The notes beneath the pieces are model-generated. The model was not told the origin of the DNA and searched no databases. It saw only the letters and a list, made by a program, of their open reading frames with translations. The translations under genes and the position numbers were made by a program. From Fluviicola sp. (GTDB lineage: Bacteria; Bacteroidota; Bacteroidia; Flavobacteriales_D; Crocinitomicaceae), in the NCBI GenBank assembly GCA_029866325.1, contig JARWZO010000005.1, positions 215,049 through 279,048 of the forward strand: 64,000 nucleotides of DNA, in the 5' to 3' direction. This document shows positions 10,024-19,432 of this stretch, one piece after another (the first letter of the stretch is position 1; each line of letters starts with the position of its first letter).

Positions 10024-11460
10024 ATGCAGCAAATCTTTCTTAGAGGTCTGGGAATAACTCTTTTACTTAATTTATTAGTAAAACCTGCCACCATATTTGG
10101 TGTAGACGTTGTGATGCAAAATGAAATCGGATTGGTCCCTTACGGCGATTTTTCTGCTTTTCTCAATTTCACTTTCTTGTTTTGTATGATTCTCGATATG
10201 GGAATTACCAATTACATGACACGATTGATAGCTCAGCACCCGCATTTGATTCGCCAATACAGCCACCAACTATTCACCCTGCGCCTATTTTTGGCGGTTA
10301 TTTATATCATCTGGACGGTTTCGCTCTTCTTTCTCTTTGGTTTGCCCATCAATTATTGGTGGATGTTGGGATTGCTCATTATACATCAAATCAGTATCAA
10401 TACCGTAAATTATGTGCGAGCCTACACCGGTGGCTTGATGCGCTTTAAGCTGGATGCGGTTCTTTCCGTTATCGAGCGATTGGTTTACCTCATTTTAGGA
10501 TTGTTGTTATTGTACACCACTTTAGTCAGACCGATCTCATTGGGTTGGTTTGTTGGAATTTTTGTGTCGTCTTCCTTTATTTCATTTCTGTTTGCAGGTT
10601 TTGTGTATGTGTCGTTGGTCGAATTTCCCCGCTGGAAATGGAACACAATCTTCTTCAAAGCCATTTTCAAACAGTCATTTCCTTACGCATTATTGGTTAT
10701 TCTAATGATGCTCAACTCGCGTATCGATACAGTATTTATCAAACTGGTTCATCCGAACGGAGCAACACAGGTAAGTTATTATGTTCAAGGTTTCCGCTTG
10801 TTAGATGCGTGTTGGATGTTCGGTATTTTGTTCGGTGGAATCTTATTACCCATTTTTTCACGCTTGCTGAAAGAAAAAGAAAGCGTTTCAGGAATCATGA
10901 CCAATGCCTTCAACCTGCTGATCAGCGCAGGATTACTCATGGTTGTTTTATCCATTGGAACACGAGAAATACTGTTTGACGCTTTGTACAAAGATGCCAC
11001 CCAAATGACCTATGATTCGTGGATCTTCCTCTCGATTTCCTTTCTACCGATGTGTTTTACGCTGGTTTTCGGAACACTGCTCACAGCCAACGGAAGTCTG
11101 CGTCAGCTCAACATCATGGCGATCATTGCTTTGTCAATCAATGTGATCCTGAACATCATTCTCATCCCGATTTTAGGGGCAAAAGGAGCTGCCATTACCA
11201 CACTTACCGCTCAAACGGTGTTTGGTGTACTGCAATGGATTTTGGTACGTTACCGCATGAATGAACGCTTACAAAAGGCGGCTTGGGTAAAACTAGGAAG
11301 TCTGGCGGTAGTGCTTGGAACAATGTTATGCCTGCGCTATGCGTTTGACTGGAATATCATTTATTGGATTGCAACCTTGTTTTTTGTGTGGTTTGTTTGG
11401 ACCTTCTCGCTACGCATTATTGATGTAAGAGCCGTATTATCATTGCTGAAAAAATCATAA
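10024..11460 (+). CDS. Oligosaccharide flippase / Wzx-like polysaccharide export protein
   Basis: Many hydrophobic helices; ILDMGIT, RIDTVFI and LIPILGAKGAAITT motifs of the MOP/Wzx family. Confidence 0.82.
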   Translation: MQQIFLRGLGITLLLNLLVKPATIFGVDVVMQNEIGLVPYGDFSAFLNFTFLFCMILDMGITNYMTRLIAQHPHLIRQYSHQLFTLRLFLAVIYIIWTVSLFFLFGLPINYWWMLGLLIIHQISINTVNYVRAYTGGLMRFKLDAVLSVIERLVYLILGLLLLYTTLVRPISLGWFVGIFVSSSFISFLFAGFVYVSLVEFPRWKWNTIFFKAIFKQSFPYALLVILMMLNSRIDTVFIKLVHPNGATQVSYYVQGFRLLDACWMFGILFGGILLPIFSRLLKEKESVSGIMTNAFNLLISAGLLMVVLSIGTREILFDALYKDATQMTYDSWIFLSISFLPMCFTLVFGTLLTANGSLRQLNIMAIIALSINVILNIILIPILGAKGAAITTLTAQTVFGVLQWILVRYRMNERLQKAAWVKLGSLAVVLGTMLCLRYAFDWNIIYWIATLFFVWFVWTFSLRIIDVRAVLSLLKKS

Positions 11461-11481
11461 CCGCTATATTTAGCGATACGT

Positions 11482-12516
11482 ATGAAGAAAACGGAAAAGA
11501 TACTCGTTACAGGTGGTGCCGGTTATATTGGCTCACATACCGTTATTGAGCTCATCGAACAGGGTTATACTCCGGTTATTCTCGACAATTTTTCCAATGC
11601 GCATCCTTCAGTGATTCCTTTGATGGAAGCCATTGCCGGAGAACCGATTCTTATGGTACAAGGTGATTGTAACGATTCGGAACTACTTCGTAACCTGTTT
11701 TCCGAACACGATTTTTCCGGAGTTATTCATTTCGCAGCATTTAAAGCAGTGGGCGAATCGGTAGCAAATCCCTTGAAATATTATCAAAACAACCTCTTTA
11801 GCCTCATTCAGTTGTTGCGTGTCATGGAGGAGTTTAAGGTAACCAAGCTTGTGTTTTCTTCATCGTGTACTGTTTACGGAACCCCCGTGGGTGCAACCAA
11901 GGTAGATGAACAAACGCAATTGGGAGTTCCAAACTCACCGTATGGCTGGACCAAACTCATGTGCGAGCAAATTCTTCGTGATGCTGTTATTGCCAACCCG
12001 AAGCTTCAGGTCATTTTTCTGCGTTATTTTAATCCGATTGGTGCACATCCTTCCGGAAAAATCGGTGAATTTCCACAAGGTGTTCCCAACAACATTCTCC
12101 CATATATGACGCAAACCGCTAGTGGGATTCTTCCGCAACTGACGGTTTATGGCAATGATTACCCAACTCCGGATGGAACCTGTATTCGCGATTACATACA
12201 CGTTTGCGATCTGGCTGACGCTCATATTTGCGCGCTCGATTACCTGAGTGTTCCACGTGAATTGGCGGTGTTTAATATAGGAACCGGCACCGGTGTGTCA
12301 GTATTGGAATTGATTGCGGCATTTGAACAAGCAACCGGAAAACCACTGAACTGGAAATTTGGCCCACGACGCGTTGGAGATGTAGTTAAAATTTACGCTG
12401 ATGCGCAATCGGCAGCAGAAAAAATGAATTGGAAAGCTACCCGAACCGTGAACGATGCCGTGCGCGACGCCTGGAAATGGGAGCAAAATAGACTGGCAAA
12501 TGAAAATCGTAATTAG
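11482..12516 (+). CDS. galE: UDP-glucose 4-epimerase
   Basis: ILVTGGAGYIGSHT, YGWTK (YxxxK), LRYFNPIGAHPSG and RDYIHV. Confidence 0.95.
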   Translation: MKKTEKILVTGGAGYIGSHTVIELIEQGYTPVILDNFSNAHPSVIPLMEAIAGEPILMVQGDCNDSELLRNLFSEHDFSGVIHFAAFKAVGESVANPLKYYQNNLFSLIQLLRVMEEFKVTKLVFSSSCTVYGTPVGATKVDEQTQLGVPNSPYGWTKLMCEQILRDAVIANPKLQVIFLRYFNPIGAHPSGKIGEFPQGVPNNILPYMTQTASGILPQLTVYGNDYPTPDGTCIRDYIHVCDLADAHICALDYLSVPRELAVFNIGTGTGVSVLELIAAFEQATGKPLNWKFGPRRVGDVVKIYADAQSAAEKMNWKATRTVNDAVRDAWKWEQNRLANENRN

Positions 12517-13240
12517 TATCATCTGCACACTTTTTGTGCTGACTTCATTAGCACAATACGACGGAAAAGATCCGAAAATTGCTTCGCGTTTTCGTCCCGG
12601 ATTCATGTGGTTCAACACCGGATGGCGCCCTGCCAAAGAAGATCGTGCGCGCAAATATGATCGTTTGATGGTAGATCTTACCTACAACGATTGGATAAAC
12701 GATTCATCACTTTTTTTGGTGAAACCGTCTTCTATCGGATACAACATCAATTGCATGTGGGATATACCGTTAACTGATGGCAATAAAGTAGCACTCGGCA
12801 TCGGTTTGTCTTATCGCTATCAACGTGTGAGTTACAACGGTGTCATGTTCCGCGATTCGGTGAATCAATCAACAGAATGGATGCTTTACAAAGGTGATCA
12901 ATCGGGTCCGGATAAATCAGTTTTCGGAAGCCATGCCTTTGCAGTTCCCATCGAATTAAGGTTCCGCGCTGAAAAATGGAAGCACTTTAAAGTTCACATT
13001 GGTGGTTTTATCGGTTACCGCACACAAACCTTTACCAAAGCGTGGTACAACGATCAAAAAACATCGGTAAAAGATCGTTCGTTTTTCGATGACGACCCCT
13101 TCTTTTATGGAGTACATGCCCGTGTGGGGATTCGCAATTGGGCATTGTTTGCCAGTTATACATTAACCGAGCAATTCAAATCGGATAAAAGCACAAGTCT
13201 GAAACCGATTTCATTTGGCTTAACGGTCTCGTTATTTTAA
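12500..13240 (+). CDS. Outer-membrane beta-barrel (porin/PorT-like family) protein
   Basis: Signal peptide from the ATG at 12500 (MKIVISII...SLAQ), amphipathic strands, VPIELRFR and a C-terminal Phe. Confidence 0.6.
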   Translation: MKIVISIICTLFVLTSLAQYDGKDPKIASRFRPGFMWFNTGWRPAKEDRARKYDRLMVDLTYNDWINDSSLFLVKPSSIGYNINCMWDIPLTDGNKVALGIGLSYRYQRVSYNGVMFRDSVNQSTEWMLYKGDQSGPDKSVFGSHAFAVPIELRFRAEKWKHFKVHIGGFIGYRTQTFTKAWYNDQKTSVKDRSFFDDDPFFYGVHARVGIRNWALFASYTLTEQFKSDKSTSLKPISFGLTVSLF

Positions 13241-13286
13241 GATAATTTTATCGGTTTGTTTTCTTAACGATCTGTAAGACAGAATG

Positions 13287-13320
13287 TTAAATTCAGTAAT
13301 CCCGCAATATTACGGAAAGA
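13287..13320. repeat. Dispersed 34-bp element, copy 1 (inverted relative to the copy at 44106-44159)
   Basis: TTAAATTCAGTAATCCCGCAATA (13287-13309) is the exact reverse complement of 44137-44159; ATTACGGAAAGA matches TCTTTCCGTAAT at about 44106-44117. Confidence 0.7.
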
Positions 13321-13386
13321 CCTAAACCTCATTTATTTACCATGTTTATTTTTTCTCCTATCAAGAGTGGATTCACGGAATCTGAC

Positions 13387-13394
13387 TATTTTTG
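13387..13394 (+). promoter_or_regulatory. -7 promoter element (TATTTTTG) for mreC
   Basis: TAnnTTTG immediately before the ATG at 13398. Confidence 0.55.
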
Positions 13395-13397
13395 CCT

Positions 13398-14246
13398 ATG
13401 CGCAATTTGATCGCTTTTTTTCAGCGCTTTCGTATTTTTCTCGTCTTTGCATTGCTTCAGGTAGTTGCGCTGAGTATGTATTTCACTTACTCGGATTTCC
13501 CACGATTTCAGATGCTTACAACAGCCGGAGCGATCAATGCTGAAATTTTGACCATCCGTAACGATGTTACCAAACACTTTAATTTAGAAGAAACCAATAA
13601 GCAGTTGCAATGGGAAAACAAACGACTGCGTGAAAAACTAAAAAACTCCCTTTACAAGGAAAATAAAGGAGTAATTACGGTAGATGATACGCTTTTCCGC
13701 CAAAATTACAGCTACATACCCGCAACGGTCATCAATAGCACGTTCGACAAACGGGATAATTACATGACCATCGACATTGGTAAGAACCACGGAATTAAAC
13801 GTGGTGATGGTGTGTTTTCTTCAAGAGGCGTGGTGGGAATTGTCCACTTGGTAAGCGATAAGTATGCAGTCGTAAAAACGGTGCTTTCCAAAAACATCAA
13901 CATCGATGTGATGGTCGAGAAAGGAGGTTCGTTTGGGTTGTTAAAATGGAATGGACTAGATGCCAAAAGAGGTTCGATCAGTGGTATTTCAAACGACATG
14001 CGCATCAAAAAATGGTCGAAAGTAGTTACACGTGGCGGCTCGGGCATTTTCCCAAGAGGTATTTTGGTCGGTCGTGTAGAAAAGAAAGGTTACATTGAAG
14101 GAAAACCGTTGTGGGATATCACCGTGCGTTTTTCCGAAGATTTTAGAAGCATACAACACGTGTATGTGGTGAAAAACCTGATGCAGGAAGAATTCGACAC
14201 CTTGCAGCAACAAATTCCGGAAGACTCCGAAGAACCCGAATTATAG
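13398..14246 (+). CDS. mreC: Rod shape-determining protein MreC
   Basis: N-terminal TM, coiled coil LQWENKRLRE, IDIGKNHGIKRGDGV and VVTRGGSGIFPRGILVG. Confidence 0.93.
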   Translation: MRNLIAFFQRFRIFLVFALLQVVALSMYFTYSDFPRFQMLTTAGAINAEILTIRNDVTKHFNLEETNKQLQWENKRLREKLKNSLYKENKGVITVDDTLFRQNYSYIPATVINSTFDKRDNYMTIDIGKNHGIKRGDGVFSSRGVVGIVHLVSDKYAVVKTVLSKNINIDVMVEKGGSFGLLKWNGLDAKRGSISGISNDMRIKKWSKVVTRGGSGIFPRGILVGRVEKKGYIEGKPLWDITVRFSEDFRSIQHVYVVKNLMQEEFDTLQQQIPEDSEEPEL

Positions 14247-14247
14247 C

Positions 14248-14766
14248 ATGAGAGGAATCATCTTACATACCGTTCGTTTCATCGTGTTCGTGCTTTTTCA
14301 AGTGCTTGTGCTCAACCATCTTGAAATTCAATGGGGAATTTACCCGATGCTGTATCCGTTGTTTATCCTCTTATTACCATTCGAAATGGCAACGGTTCCT
14401 TTGTTGTTGATTGCTTTTGCTTTAGGACTTTCCATCGACGTGCTTTCCAATACCTTCGGATTACACGCTTCTTCGGCATTGATTTTTGCGTACTTCAGGC
14501 CGGTGATATTTAAGTTATTTGCCCCACGCGACGGTTATGAAAATACCGAAGAAAGTAATATTTACACCATGGGAACCCGTTGGTTTATCTATTCGTTTGG
14601 CTTGTTATTACTCATTCACCATACGTGGTTTTTCCTTATCGAAATTTTTAAGTTGAATGAAATTCTACTCTTGCTTCGAAAAATCGGACTGAGTGTTCCA
14701 TTTTCATTCTTACTTGCCTTGTTTGCTCAGTTTATTTTTAGCTCCAAGAAGAAAAGTGAACGATGA
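14248..14766 (+). CDS. mreD: Rod shape-determining protein MreD
   Basis: Hydrophobic; AFALGLSIDVLSNTFGLHASS; lies between mreC and mrdA. Confidence 0.9.
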   Translation: MRGIILHTVRFIVFVLFQVLVLNHLEIQWGIYPMLYPLFILLLPFEMATVPLLLIAFALGLSIDVLSNTFGLHASSALIFAYFRPVIFKLFAPRDGYENTEESNIYTMGTRWFIYSFGLLLLIHHTWFFLIEIFKLNEILLLLRKIGLSVPFSFLLALFAQFIFSSKKKSER

Positions 14767-16646
14767 ATCTTGACGGACGGAAATATGTGATTCTTGTCTT
14801 CATCATTTTGGTGGGAATTGTTTACCTCGCGCGCTTGTTTTTCATGCAGGTGGTAGATGATACATGGAAATTACGTGCTGAAGAAATTGCTGAAAAAAGG
14901 AAAGAAATTACTCCGCCACGGGGTATTGTTTTCGACCGAAAAGGAAAAAAAATTGTCACCAACCGCAGTTATTACAATCTCATGATGCGCGAAGACGACA
15001 TCGTTGATTTGGATACGGTGGCCTTTGCTAAATTATTGGGTTGGACACCTCAGGAAGTGAAAAACCGCTTTTGGAACATTCGTAAGAAGGAAGGAAAATA
15101 CCGAAATCCACACACAGGAAAACTTCAGGAAAATTACCAATCACAACGACCGTATCCGTTTATTGAAGAATTAACCATCGACGAGATTACACGAATCGCA
15201 CCGAATCTGTCGAAATTTCCCGGTTTTTACGAAGATTTGACATCTATGCGTTTTTATCCGTATGCCGGTGGAGCCAATATCTTCGGATACCTTTCAGAGG
15301 TAAATCAGGAGGAAATTGACGAGGATCCGTTCTACCGAAGAGGTGATCACATCGGTAGAGCTGGAATGGAACGGTTTTACGAAAAAGAATTACGCGGAAG
15401 GAAAGGAATCAAGTACATTGTAACTTCCGCCTCCATGAACGCCATCGAATCTTACGCCAACGGAAAATACGATACCACCGCACGCCAAAGTCCACCGCTT
15501 AAAATGGGTGTTGACATAGATCTACAGGTTTATGGCGAACGGCTGATGATAAACAAACGTGGCTGCATTGTGGCCATTGAACCGGCTACGGGCGAAATTT
15601 TGGCACTTGTTTCATCACCAAGTTTTGACCCCAATTTATTGGTCGGAAAACAAAACATCAGTAAAAACTACCCCACCTTTTTGCTCGATGAAGGGAAACC
15701 GCTTTACCCACGTCCATTGGCGGCAGAATATCCTCCCGGTTCGATTTTTAAACTCGTTCAGGCTCTGATCGGACTTCAGGAAGGTGTTATTACTCCTGAA
15801 TCTGGTTTCCCATGCAATAAATCGATGGTGGGTTGCCACAATCACCCAAGTGCAGGAAGCTTACCGGATGGCATTAAACACTCGTGCAACCCTTATTTTT
15901 ACTACGTTACACGGCGCATCATTCAGCAAGGAAAAAAACGTAGTATGTTTGCAGATGCAGAAGTTGGGTTGAACCGCTGGTCGGATTTCATGCATAGTTT
16001 TGGGCTCGGCGAAAAATTCGACTCCGATATTACCGGTTTACGTCCGGGATTGATTCCAAACGCAGCTTATTACGATGAATGGTATGGCCATCATACTTGG
16101 GCGTTTTCTACCATTCGTTCCATTTCCATCGGTCAGGGAGAGGTAAAAGTAACGCCACTTCAGATGGCTAATATTGCAGCTATTATTGCCAATAAAGGAT
16201 GGTATTACACACCGCATTTTGTGCGCTCTATTGGCGATAGCGGACCGTTACCTCAGTTTCGCAAGAAACACTACACCATGGTTGAATCGCAGCATTTCAC
16301 TCCTGTAATCGAAGGAATGCGTAGGGCGGTATATGCACCGGGCGGAACAGCGCACAGAGCCAGTTTTGCCGAAGATATTATTGTTTGTGGTAAAACCGGA
16401 ACGGCTCAAAATCCTGCCGGAGAAGATCACTCTATTTTCATTTCCTTCGCACCGATGGACAAACCCAAAATTGCCATTGCTGTCTTCATTGAAAATGCCG
16501 GATTCGGCGGTGTTTGGGCGGCTCCGATGGCCAGTTTGATGATGGAGAAATACCTCAAAGGAAAAATAACTGACAAAGAAAAAGAAACCCGAATTCTGAC
16601 CGCCAATCTTCTCAATGTGAAGCCGAAACCCAAGAAAAGGAAATGA
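14763..16646 (+). CDS. mrdA: Penicillin-binding protein 2
   Basis: PPRGIVFDRKG, catalytic PPGSIFK (SxxK), SCN (SxN) and GKTGTAQ. Confidence 0.96.
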   Translation: MNLDGRKYVILVFIILVGIVYLARLFFMQVVDDTWKLRAEEIAEKRKEITPPRGIVFDRKGKKIVTNRSYYNLMMREDDIVDLDTVAFAKLLGWTPQEVKNRFWNIRKKEGKYRNPHTGKLQENYQSQRPYPFIEELTIDEITRIAPNLSKFPGFYEDLTSMRFYPYAGGANIFGYLSEVNQEEIDEDPFYRRGDHIGRAGMERFYEKELRGRKGIKYIVTSASMNAIESYANGKYDTTARQSPPLKMGVDIDLQVYGERLMINKRGCIVAIEPATGEILALVSSPSFDPNLLVGKQNISKNYPTFLLDEGKPLYPRPLAAEYPPGSIFKLVQALIGLQEGVITPESGFPCNKSMVGCHNHPSAGSLPDGIKHSCNPYFYYVTRRIIQQGKKRSMFADAEVGLNRWSDFMHSFGLGEKFDSDITGLRPGLIPNAAYYDEWYGHHTWAFSTIRSISIGQGEVKVTPLQMANIAAIIANKGWYYTPHFVRSIGDSGPLPQFRKKHYTMVESQHFTPVIEGMRRAVYAPGGTAHRASFAEDIIVCGKTGTAQNPAGEDHSIFISFAPMDKPKIAIAVFIENAGFGGVWAAPMASLMMEKYLKGKITDKEKETRILTANLLNVKPKPKKRK

Positions 16647-18040
16647 GAAGGGACGATTCATTGACGCAACATGTAGACTGGTGGCTGTTCACGGTAGTGA
16701 TCATCATGTTGGGAATGGGTATTGCCAACGTTTATTCGGCGGCTTATAATCCGGATCATCCAAGCATTTTCGATTTTTCACAGAAATACGGAAAACAAAT
16801 CATTTGGGTGGGCGTCTCCTTGTTTTTGGGTCTCATCGTATTTCTCATTGACGCCGATATTTACCGAAAATTCGCCATTCCCATCTACCTATTTACCTTC
16901 AGCTTACTCGTTTTGGTATTATTTATGCCCGCGGTTCATGGCGCAAGAGCTTGGTTGGGATTTGGTTCGCTCGGGATTCAACCTGCCGAGTTTGCTAAGA
17001 TTGGAACCGCTATCGCCTTGAGTACCTATATAAGTCAGGTGAATATCAAGCAACAAAACATACCAACGGTTTTCCTCGCATTGGGAATTGTTGTAGTGCC
17101 AATGATTATGATTCTCTTGCAGCCGGATGCTGGAACCTTTGTGGTGTTTACTTCGTTCTTTTTTGTTTTGTACCGTGAGGGAATTACGTTTGATCCCATT
17201 GTTTTGCGTATTGTGAACACCCTTCCGGGAGTAAAATTTAAAGAAACGTGGGTGGGGAGTCACTTTATTCCGATTTTGTTTTTCACAGTATTCTTGTCTC
17301 TAATTACCTTATTGATGAGTGGAAATGAATACGAATTTACATTCATGCGGGGCGTTCTGATCTCGGGTTTTTGGGGGATCATCATCGTTCTAGTAATTAT
17401 AGCAATTCTGGCGTATTTACTACTTCGTTTTATTTCTTCTAAACGTGAAAAGGGACGCGTTTTAGCCATTGTATTGATTGGGTTTTCACTTTCTGCCATT
17501 ATTGCAACAACGGTTAATTTCTCATTTAAAAACCTGGCTGAACACCAAAAAGACCGGATTGAGTTATTTCTTGGATTGAAACAGGATCCGGATGGGGAAG
17601 ACTACAACCGAAATCGCGCAATGGCTGCCGTAGGATCGGGCGGTATGTTCGGGAAAGGGTACCAGCAAGCCAGTGTGGCCAGTGTAGAAGCCAATCACGT
17701 TCCCGAAAGTGAAACCGACTTTATTTTCTGTCCGTTGGCAGAAGAATGGGGATTTATGGGAAGCATCGCTATTGTGTTTTTGTTCATGTTTATGCTCATC
17801 CGTATTGTTGTCATTGCCGAGCGACAGCGATCTACATTTAACCGGGTTTATGCCTATTGTGTAGCCATGATTGTGTTTTATCACTTTGCCGTAAACATTG
17901 GTATGAACATCGGCTTTGCACCGGTAATCGGGATTCCGTTACCGTTTTTCAGCTATGGTGGTTCGTCGTTGATGTCTTTTTCAATGATGTTGTTTATCCT
18001 GCTGAAATTGGATAGCCAACGGCGGGATGTCCTGCATTAA
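16643..18040 (+). CDS. rodA: SEDS peptidoglycan glycosyltransferase RodA
   Basis: IQPAEFAK, LQPDAGT, PESETDFIF and GIPLPFFSYGGSS. Confidence 0.95.
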   Translation: MRRDDSLTQHVDWWLFTVVIIMLGMGIANVYSAAYNPDHPSIFDFSQKYGKQIIWVGVSLFLGLIVFLIDADIYRKFAIPIYLFTFSLLVLVLFMPAVHGARAWLGFGSLGIQPAEFAKIGTAIALSTYISQVNIKQQNIPTVFLALGIVVVPMIMILLQPDAGTFVVFTSFFFVLYREGITFDPIVLRIVNTLPGVKFKETWVGSHFIPILFFTVFLSLITLLMSGNEYEFTFMRGVLISGFWGIIIVLVIIAILAYLLLRFISSKREKGRVLAIVLIGFSLSAIIATTVNFSFKNLAEHQKDRIELFLGLKQDPDGEDYNRNRAMAAVGSGGMFGKGYQQASVASVEANHVPESETDFIFCPLAEEWGFMGSIAIVFLFMFMLIRIVVIAERQRSTFNRVYAYCVAMIVFYHFAVNIGMNIGFAPVIGIPLPFFSYGGSSLMSFSMMLFILLKLDSQRRDVLH

Positions 18041-18144
18041 TCTTTGTGATTGTTGGGTGGCGTAACTTATCAGCCTTTGGCTGATCTCGACCTGGATACT
18101 ATAAAACAAACAGGCATACGATTCTTAGCATGGCCTGTTCAATG

Positions 18145-18822
18145 TTATTCTACCGCAGCCTTCTTTTTCTTCCATTCAAACCCGTATTCCAACGAAATCA
18201 AATGTTCGTTATACGGATTTCCGGTATTGTACTTCCGACCGTAATAGTAGGTGAAACTGATTGTGTTTGGTCCGGGTATATCAATTTCAGTTCCCAATCC
18301 GAAACGCATACGGTTGAATCGTTGACCAAATTCACCGAATACCGGATTGTAGAAAAATTCTGCCGAAAAACCGGGTGTAAAACGCGTGTTGGCAATCGCA
18401 TAGTCAATATATGGTTTTAGCCGCAACGCCGGATCAAGATCAGTCCCCGACCCATTACCTGAACCGATGACCAATTGATAACGTGCCCGAAAACCAATCT
18501 TGGTTTCTTTGATTTTCTTTCTGAAATCGGCATTCAGGTTAAAGCGATTGGAATAAGTCGGGTTACCATTATCGGCATACGAAGTGATGAAACGGTAATC
18601 AATAGATGGTCGGAACCATTTCAAATGCTCGCTTTTGATACTGACTTCCTGAAACAATGTTTCCAACTTCCCGGCAGTTTGAATGCGCAGGTTGGTTTGA
18701 ATACCCACAACAAGGTCTTTGACAACCTCGCGCTGAATGCCGGCACCAAGCCAAATTTCCGACCTGTTCTGTGCAAATGCAGCACTACCCAACAAACAGA
18801 GAAGAACTAACAGGCGTCTCAT
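18145..18822 (-). CDS. DUF2490-like outer-membrane beta-barrel protein
   Basis: Signal peptide, amphipathic strands, FTPGFSAEFFY and RMRFGLG. Confidence 0.6.
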   Translation of the reverse strand: MRRLLVLLCLLGSAAFAQNRSEIWLGAGIQREVVKDLVVGIQTNLRIQTAGKLETLFQEVSIKSEHLKWFRPSIDYRFITSYADNGNPTYSNRFNLNADFRKKIKETKIGFRARYQLVIGSGNGSGTDLDPALRLKPYIDYAIANTRFTPGFSAEFFYNPVFGEFGQRFNRMRFGLGTEIDIPGPNTISFTYYYGRKYNTGNPYNEHLISLEYGFEWKKKKAAVE

Positions 18823-19205
18823 TTTTTCAGATTAATGGTACCAACGTCAGTCGCTTTCTTTTTGTCAACGGTAATGGTCGTAATAATTGCTTCTTCACCA
18901 CCATTACATGTCAGACAATCCGAATAAGCAAAAATGGTATAGGTTCCCGGTTCCAAATACTTGAACTCAAACGAACCGTCGTAACTGGCTTCAATCTTAT
19001 CATCAAACGTATTATCACCTGTACCGTAAATGATGTAAATGTCTTCTTTCGCACCCGGATATTCACTCAACAAGACAGTTTGGTTTACGTTGTAATCCTG
19101 AATGTTGATTTTTCCGGTGATGGAACCCGATCCACCTTCACCTTCTACTTTTTTACAGGCTGTGAACAATAACAAGCCTAAAGGAATAATTGCAATTAAT
19201 TTCAT
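18819..19205 (-). CDS. Small lipoprotein with a prealbumin/carboxypeptidase-regulatory-like beta fold
   Basis: Lipobox FTAC followed by KKVE; DGSFEFKYLEPGTYTIFAYS; CLTC motif. Confidence 0.6.
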   Translation of the reverse strand: MKLIAIIPLGLLLFTACKKVEGEGGSGSITGKINIQDYNVNQTVLLSEYPGAKEDIYIIYGTGDNTFDDKIEASYDGSFEFKYLEPGTYTIFAYSDCLTCNGGEEAIITTITVDKKKATDVGTINLKK

Positions 19206-19432
19206 GAACGTTGTTGATATGTTAAGACAATATTAAGTGAAAAAAATGAATCAAATCGACCAACTAAAATAAATAACGGCGAATAACAAGATTAATTTTT
19301 TTTCAGGCAACATTCCTGCATTTGGTTCATAATAAGTGATTAAATGCGAATATGTTGTGCGAAATTTAACAATTTGATAATATCAAGCAACTTTTTGCTA
19401 AATTTAGAGTCCTTTAGTAAAACTGTATCTCC

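Noticed and set aside
13270-13295. Possible dif/XerD half-site (GAATGTTAAAT)
   Set aside because: Only a partial match to TTATGTTAAAT, with no XerC arm at the right spacing.
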